A stretch of DNA of 25,614 bases from a virus (taxonomy: Duplodnaviria > Caudoviricetes). The notes under the pieces were generated by a model that was given only the letters and a program-made list of their open reading frames with translations, did no database searches and was not told the origin of the DNA. Of this stretch, positions 21,978 through 25,614 are shown in pieces (position 1 is the stretch's first letter; each line of letters opens with the position of its first letter). Position numbers and translations under genes: made by a program. Location: IMG/VR virus record IMGVR_UViG_3300037427_001470, positions 1 through 25,614 of that record, one strand, 5' to 3'.

Positions 21978-22379
21978 TTATCTTGTTGCCTCTAAGAGGA
22001 ATGAATATTCTTGAGTTGGAAACTCTTGTCCGATGATATCAAATAGAATAGTAACATCAAATGAATTGTGATCTGGTGTAGGATCTACTTGAACTTGTAC
22101 ATTATTTACTCTTGGTTCAAAATTATCTAATGCGATCTCAATTTGGCTCTCAATAACCGATGCTGTACCTACATCTACGAACCCAAATAGACTACTTCTT
22201 ACCTCAGAACCCAATAATGAGTTAAAAAATCGTTCAGTTGGTATAGTTTGGACTATATTTCTGACAGATCTGCGTATTGCATTCTCATTTTTTAATATTG
22301 GGAGGTCTTTTGTAATCGGATGAGGTTCAAAAGACAATGAAATGTCCTTAAACGCCCTTGATATTCTTTGAATCGCCAT
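21978..22379 (-). CDS. gp25: Baseplate wedge subunit, T4 gp25-like (GPW/gp25 family, 133 aa)
   Basis: FKDISLSFEPHPITKDL...NENAIRRSVRNIV.T...ERFFNSLLGS...LF...NFEPRV. ATG at 22379 (MAIQRISR) is preferred over the TTG at 22385 used by the track. Confidence 0.93.
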   Translation of the reverse strand: MAIQRISRAFKDISLSFEPHPITKDLPILKNENAIRRSVRNIVQTIPTERFFNSLLGSEVRSSLFGFVDVGTASVIESQIEIALDNFEPRVNNVQVQVDPTPDHNSFDVTILFDIIGQEFPTQEYSFLLEATR

Positions 22380-22397
22380 AAACAAAGAGTTTTTCTT

Positions 22398-22405
22398 TAT
22401 TTATA
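22398..22405 (-). promoter_or_regulatory. T4-type late promoter TATAAATA for the baseplate operon
   Basis: Exact TATAAATA on minus, intergenic, 18 nt upstream of the gp25 ATG (same spacing as the gp8 promoter) and just downstream of a terminator. Confidence 0.88.
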
Positions 22406-22425
22406 AGGTCTAATTATAACTTTCA

Positions 22426-22453
22426 ATAAAAAAAGCGTCCCTTTCGAGACGCT
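22426..22453 (-). terminator. Rho-independent terminator ending the glycosyltransferase operon
   Basis: Minus strand AGCGTCTC-GAAA-GGGACGCT-TTTTTT: an 8-bp stem with one G-U pair, a GNRA loop and a U-tract, 4 nt after the stop of the 49-aa ORF. Confidence 0.9.
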
Positions 22454-22457
22454 ACGG

Positions 22458-22607
22458 TTATTTTCCTTGTCCCCGATATCTTTTACGAGACGAGTTACGA
22501 GATGTCGCAGCATACTTAGTGTGCTTCCCGTTACCTTGACGAGTTTTCTTCGGTGAACTTAGAATAATCTCAGAACCCCATGAGCCCGTTTTTGATTTGA
22601 CTGCCAT
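22458..22607 (-). CDS. Small, very basic hypothetical protein (49 aa)
   Basis: Manual translation: MAVKSKTGSWGSEIILSSPKKTRQGNGKHTKYAATSRNSSRKRYRGQGK*. It starts 2 nt after the upstream stop and ends just before the terminator. It resembles, from memory, small KKTRQG...KRYRGQG proteins of T4-like cyanophages. Not in the ORF track. Confidence 0.82.
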   Translation of the reverse strand: MAVKSKTGSWGSEIILSSPKKTRQGNGKHTKYAATSRNSSRKRYRGQGK

Positions 22608-22609
22608 AA

Positions 22610-22780
22610 TTAATTGCTTTCTTGATGAATTTCAGTTTTTAAGTCTTGAGGATTTGGAGTACCTGTCTGATAAAATTCAATTGACAGATTCTCCATAATA
22701 TCAAAGTATTCACTCTGTGTTAAATCGGAGTATAATAGTTTACCTCCATGATATATTGAATACTTCTCTATCTTTCTCAC
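22610..22780 (-). CDS. Small hypothetical protein (56 aa, GTG start)
   Basis: Manual translation: (M)RKIEKYSIYHGGKLLYSDLTQSEYFDIMENLSIEFYQTGTPNPQDLKTEIHQESN*. It fills the gap between its neighbours (TAG-T-GTG upstream, TAA-TT-ATG downstream). Not in the ORF track. Confidence 0.75.
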   Translation of the reverse strand: MRKIEKYSIYHGGKLLYSDLTQSEYFDIMENLSIEFYQTGTPNPQDLKTEIHQESN

Positions 22781-22781
22781 A

Positions 22782-23540
22782 CTAAATTACCCTTGATTTT
22801 TCGTGTCCGACTCGAATTCTTGGATCACACCAGATTTCGAAACCTGCTTCCTTTGCATCAAGACAGAATGATACGTCTTCGCCACACATGTCTTGGACTT
22901 CGCCTGATTCGAAGACTTGCATTTGAGGAGCAAACCATGGATAAGTCATCTTCTCATCTTCGAATACACCATTCTTGATGAGTAACCATCCGAATCCTGT
23001 ATAATCTACAGTAAATGGTTTGCGACGCTTTGAGATACTCTCTACTGTTTCATGATTCATTACTCCACCATTACTTCTGAAGTCTTCCTCATCTAACCAG
23101 TGTGCTACTGATGTTGTTCTACCGTCCTCTGTGGCATACCAACCGCCAGCAATGTCTTGATCCATTAAAACTAATTGCCAGAATTTCTCTGAATTGAATA
23201 CAATATCAGAATCAATCCACAATTGCCAATCATATTTTAATTTGCCATCCCATGGTTTTTGATCTGGGCCTCGCAATACATTAGCTCCAAGGCACTTGCA
23301 TCTTGCAAAGTTGACCATGGAGGAATAATCCTGCGAAATTTGGATGCTTGCTCCAGATTGCACTAAGTCGAAACAGAGTTGTACGAAATTTTTTAGATAT
23401 GCATACGATACTCCTCTACCAGGTAAGCAAAATACAATGGCTTTTCCTTTAACCATTTCTCTTGCCTTATCATAGTCCCATTCTTCGTTCTTTTTCTTCG
23501 TTGCTGGCGACTTCGCCTTTACTGTAAATCCTTTAGCCAT
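22782..23540 (-). CDS. Glycosyltransferase-like protein, GT-A fold (GT2-like, 252 aa)
   Basis: N-terminal strand IVFCLPG, VNFARCKC helix, DxD motif (LWIDSDIVF), TGFGWLLIK, GEDVSFC and terminal WCDPRIRVGHEK appear in the canonical order for GT-A nucleotide-sugar transferases. Confidence 0.8.
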   Translation of the reverse strand: MAKGFTVKAKSPATKKKNEEWDYDKAREMVKGKAIVFCLPGRGVSYAYLKNFVQLCFDLVQSGASIQISQDYSSMVNFARCKCLGANVLRGPDQKPWDGKLKYDWQLWIDSDIVFNSEKFWQLVLMDQDIAGGWYATEDGRTTSVAHWLDEEDFRSNGGVMNHETVESISKRRKPFTVDYTGFGWLLIKNGVFEDEKMTYPWFAPQMQVFESGEVQDMCGEDVSFCLDAKEAGFEIWCDPRIRVGHEKSRVI

Positions 23541-23562
23541 AAGAATAATAAGTTACCTTCGA

Positions 23563-23591
23563 ATCATACTCCATTATATAGCAAATGTCAA
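23563..23591 (-). promoter_or_regulatory. Sigma70-type promoter TTGACA-17-TATGAT upstream of the glycosyltransferase gene
   Basis: Minus strand TTGACA (23591-23586), tttgctatataatggag (17 nt), TATGAT (23568-23563). The -10 ends 22 nt before the ATG at 23540. Confidence 0.8.
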
Positions 23592-23608
23592 TGGGTAAAC
23601 CCAGTCCG

Positions 23609-23779
23609 TTAATCTGCCTCTTTTACAATTACTTCCTTTCCGTCCATTGCCCACCTTAAAGGCGTTTCTTCGAACCACCCCATTTCATTAACTACTGCTT
23701 CTGGTATTACTGTATAATATTCCCCAGTGACTGTATCGACCTCTATGGACGTAAAAATTTCACCAGAATTTTTTTGCAT
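23609..23779 (-). CDS. AbrB/MazE/SpoVT-like swapped-hairpin DNA-binding protein (56 aa)
   Basis: MQKNSGEIFTSIEVDTVTGEYYTVIPEAVVNEMGWFEETPLRWAMDGKEVIVKEAD fits the pattern G-x-x-x-x-x-IP-x-x-h-x-x-x-hGW-x-E...L-x-W...h-I-h-K. Start placed at ATG 23779 because the track's 5' extension crosses hairpins and homopolymer runs. Confidence 0.7.
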   Translation of the reverse strand: MQKNSGEIFTSIEVDTVTGEYYTVIPEAVVNEMGWFEETPLRWAMDGKEVIVKEAD

Positions 23780-23896
23780 GTTGTTAAATCCCACCGTCGA
23801 TTTTATATAGGGAAAAAAATTTTTGTATTCGGGATACTTATAGCTGCCGTCCGTAACACTTTGTAGACTAGGGGTTCCTTCGGTTTTTATATAACG

Positions 23897-23915
23897 GGGG
23901 GGCATCACGCCCCCC
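23897..23915. other. Strong GC hairpin GGGGGGC-ATCAC-GCCCCCC without a U-tract
   Basis: Perfect 7-bp all-GC inverted repeat about 30 nt downstream of the HicA-like stop. It could be an atypical terminator, a processing or stability element, or a cruciform. Confidence 0.6.
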
Positions 23916-23943
23916 ACTGTCTGATTCACGAACGAATGACTTA

Positions 23944-24111
23944 TCATGATAATTGCCTTAGAATCAATTTACCCACATAGTCTTTAGCATTATATGGGAT
24001 AGTCACACGCTGCTTATGATCATGATGACCCCAGAGTTCATGATTGCCGCCGTATCGGATGACATACCATCCCAACTTTTTAGCATGGCGTCTTAACTGC
24101 TTACATTTCAT
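23944..24111 (-). CDS. hicA: HicA-like ribonuclease toxin (dsRBD-like fold), 55 aa
   Basis: Manual translation: MKCKQLRRHAKKLGWYVIRYGGNHELWGHHDHKQRVTIPYNAKDYVGKLILRQLS*. It matches the HicA pattern MKxxxLxxxxxxxGW-xxx-R-xx-G(S/N)H...H....VT(V/I)P...ILxQ, with Gly22 and His24. The ATG overlaps the upstream TGA (ATGA), and the gene ends in a double stop TGA-TAA. Not in the ORF track. Confidence 0.75.
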   Translation of the reverse strand: MKCKQLRRHAKKLGWYVIRYGGNHELWGHHDHKQRVTIPYNAKDYVGKLILRQLS

Positions 24112-25070
24112 GATGCACGAACAGGCATAGGGGCAAATTTATCATTATTGAAATTCGCATATGAAAATGCCCTGCGATTCACAAGTTTATAATATCCAAA
24201 GCGGGTGACCATGACGTATCCCTCACCCTGAATTGGTTCGGATGATCCCATCACGCATGTCTGAAAATCTGAATCATCTCTGCAACTCTGCAACGCTGCT
24301 AACTTGATTTCATTTACGGTATGCCAGAGTTCGATCAGGTTTGCCTTGCATAGACCCGCCCATTCAAATACGTCACCGTCAACTTCTTTGCCCTCACGAA
24401 TAAGAGCATTTATGTTGACCTTGATTTTCTTTGCTATTCGCTCATCTACAAAATCAACATCCTCTGCAAGTTTCTTTGCATGGTCAACCAAAACGTCAAG
24501 GTCACAAAATGAATCAACACCCTCACCCAACGGTGCCCCATATTCAGAACGAATATATGCACGGGGTTGAACATACCTTACATGCTCACCACTTTCTAAT
24601 TTTTCAATCAACGGACTTGCTATGGCATCACGCAAATCAGACATAGCAAAATACTTTGTATGAGGTGCTATAATGATTTTGGCATCTACGGTTTCCTGGA
24701 ACTTATAGGTCAGCGTGTTAGGTCTGTAATTCTTAGACCCTCCGAACCCGATAAAGTCGCCTTGGTAAATGTTCTTAGTGATCGGCAAATACGCCATGCA
24801 CCACATAAGGATTTTCTCAAGTGCTGGTTTATGTGAATAATGCTTTTCTATATCCTCAGGGGTTTCACATATGATGATTTTCTTCTTATTAAAAACTGAT
24901 TTGGTTCCCACGAACTGGCAACCCGTGGCAGGATTGCGACCCCATACGATAGCGGGTGCACCGTCAATCTTAAGTGAGAGAATCAACGGCATTAAAAAAG
25001 CATCCAATACAGATAGGTCACCTGTTAGGATGCTGTCTTCGGGGTGTTCAATGTGAGTGTTTTTAGTCAT
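24108..25070 (-). CDS. DUF6267-like phage protein with covalent nucleotidyltransferase (RNA-ligase-like) motifs, 320 aa
   Basis: Start at ATG 25070 (MTKNTHIEHPED). Motif I-like SLKIDGAPA (Lys34), FVGTKSVFNK, motif III-like IYQGDFIGF, PNTLTY, motif IV-like GEGYVM and motif V-like YKLVNRRAFSYANF. The DUF name is from memory. Confidence 0.7.
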   Translation of the reverse strand: MTKNTHIEHPEDSILTGDLSVLDAFLMPLILSLKIDGAPAIVWGRNPATGCQFVGTKSVFNKKKIIICETPEDIEKHYSHKPALEKILMWCMAYLPITKNIYQGDFIGFGGSKNYRPNTLTYKFQETVDAKIIIAPHTKYFAMSDLRDAIASPLIEKLESGEHVRYVQPRAYIRSEYGAPLGEGVDSFCDLDVLVDHAKKLAEDVDFVDERIAKKIKVNINALIREGKEVDGDVFEWAGLCKANLIELWHTVNEIKLAALQSCRDDSDFQTCVMGSSEPIQGEGYVMVTRFGYYKLVNRRAFSYANFNNDKFAPMPVRAS

Positions 25071-25110
25071 AAAAACGAAAGTAGAAAAATGGGTTGTGGG
25101 TTTGTCTCCC

Positions 25111-25176
25111 ACTCTTTAATAATACCAATAAAAAAACCCCTTTAGGGGGTTTGGTGTGCAGTTTGGAGATTGTCAC
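25111..25176 (-). promoter_or_regulatory. Early regulatory cassette copy 1: upstream box + hairpin/U-tract + extended -10
   Basis: Minus strand GTGACAATCTCCAAACTGCACAC-C-AAACCCC-CTAAA-GGGGTTT-TTTTA-T-TGGTATTAT-TAAAGAGT. Lies upstream of the ligase-like gene, with TGnTATTAT at 25127-25119. Confidence 0.75.
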
Positions 25177-25520
25177 GCAACCTCTAAGTGCTCCGCATCT
25201 ATTAGAATCATGCCGTCCCAGAAATCCTTAACGTCATCACAGTAAGAAACGAACCACTCAAACTGTTTTTGAAAGATGCCGCATCCTGGTTTCACTTCCT
25301 GGAGTATGGCATTCAGTCTGGATTTGGTTGTGGGAGTCTCCCAACCGCATGAACTGATTTTGACTGCCTTTAACGCATGGTCATAAGTTGCGATGCTGTG
25401 ACCATGTAGTTTGACGGTTGAACAATTGGTTGACTCATTGAATTCAACCTCAGTGTTTGCTTTTCTCCAGTTGCCTTTATTTGAAAGAGCGAAGTTCATT
25501 TGCTTTTCAATTTGACGCAT
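25173..25520 (-). CDS. Hypothetical cyanophage early-type protein (115 aa)
   Basis: Track ORF with SD-like AAGGA 8 nt before the ATG and its own promoter cassette. Motifs MRQIEKQM, NTEV, VKLHGHSIA and GWETPTTKSRLNA. Function unknown. Confidence 0.8.
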   Translation of the reverse strand: MRQIEKQMNFALSNKGNWRKANTEVEFNESTNCSTVKLHGHSIATYDHALKAVKISSCGWETPTTKSRLNAILQEVKPGCGIFQKQFEWFVSYCDDVKDFWDGMILIDAEHLEVA

Positions 25521-25537
25521 GTGGGAAATCCTTAACT

Positions 25538-25603
25538 ACTCTTTAATAATACCAATAAAAAAGCACCCTGTGGGGTGCGTGTGTGTCAGTTTGTAGAGTG
25601 TCC
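25538..25603 (-). promoter_or_regulatory. Early regulatory cassette copy 2
   Basis: Minus strand GGACACTCTACAAACTGACACACAC-GCACCC-CACA-GGGTGC-TTTTTTA-T-TGGTATTAT-TAAAGAGT. Same architecture as copy 1 with a different stem sequence. Confidence 0.75.
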
Positions 25604-25614
25604 TACTTAGTGAC

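Larger units (their letters stand above)
25111..25562. repeat. Perfect 25-bp direct repeat ACTCTTTAATAATACCAATAAAAAA at 25111-25135 and 25538-25562
   Basis: Read directly from the sequence. The copies are 427 bp apart and bracket the 115-aa gene. Confidence 0.95.

Noticed and set aside
23780-23947. N-terminal extension of the 112-aa track ORF
   Set aside because: It runs through the GC hairpin and homopolymer tracts, and the AbrB-like pattern starts only at Met 23779. Not fully excluded, since the ATG at 23947 overlaps the HicA-like stop (ATGA).
22793-25056. Plus-strand ORFs 22793-22978, 24304-24570, 24431-24646 and 24871-25056 as possible antisense antitoxins (HicB)
   Set aside because: They are shadow ORFs of the GT and ligase-like genes and lack any HicB-like pattern (e.g. 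PDLPGC...G.T.EEA).
25071-25112. GTG start at 25112 for the 334-aa ORF
   Set aside because: It lies at the predicted transcription start inside a hairpin. ATG 25070 (MTKNTHIEHPED) gives a more typical N-terminus.
25111-25562. 25-bp direct repeats as a CRISPR array or IS/att ends
   Set aside because: There are only two copies 427 bp apart with a gene between them, and no cas, transposase or integrase is present. The repeat is explained as U-tract plus extended -10 promoter.
1-25614. tRNA or rRNA genes
   Set aside because: Intergenic gaps are short and none shows a cloverleaf or T-loop (GTTCRA) in a suitable context.

Overview
Fragment of a T4-like marine cyanomyovirus genome (Prochlorococcus/Synechococcus phage type). 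All credible genes lie on the minus strand, so the window reads right to left. (i) A GC-richer early-type region (about 23.9-25.6 kb) holds two near-identical regulatory cassettes, a 115-aa hypothetical gene and a ligase-fold (KxDG...EGxV...K) gene. That gene is translationally coupled to a 55-aa HicA-like ribonuclease gene missing from the ORF track. (ii) A structured intergenic segment and a stand-alone AbrB/MazE-like gene follow. (iii) A sigma70-type operon encodes a GT-A glycosyltransferase-like protein plus two small ORFs and ends in an intrinsic terminator. (iv) An AT-rich late structural block starts at a T4 late promoter (TATAAATA): gp25, gp6, a 4473-aa gp7-like protein with repeated and nested domains, gp8, and a VrlC/DUF4815-like gene running off the left edge. 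The most interesting candidate system is the orphan HicA-like RNase coupled to an RNA-ligase-like nucleotidyltransferase with no HicB. All family assignments come from motif recognition by eye, not from database searches.
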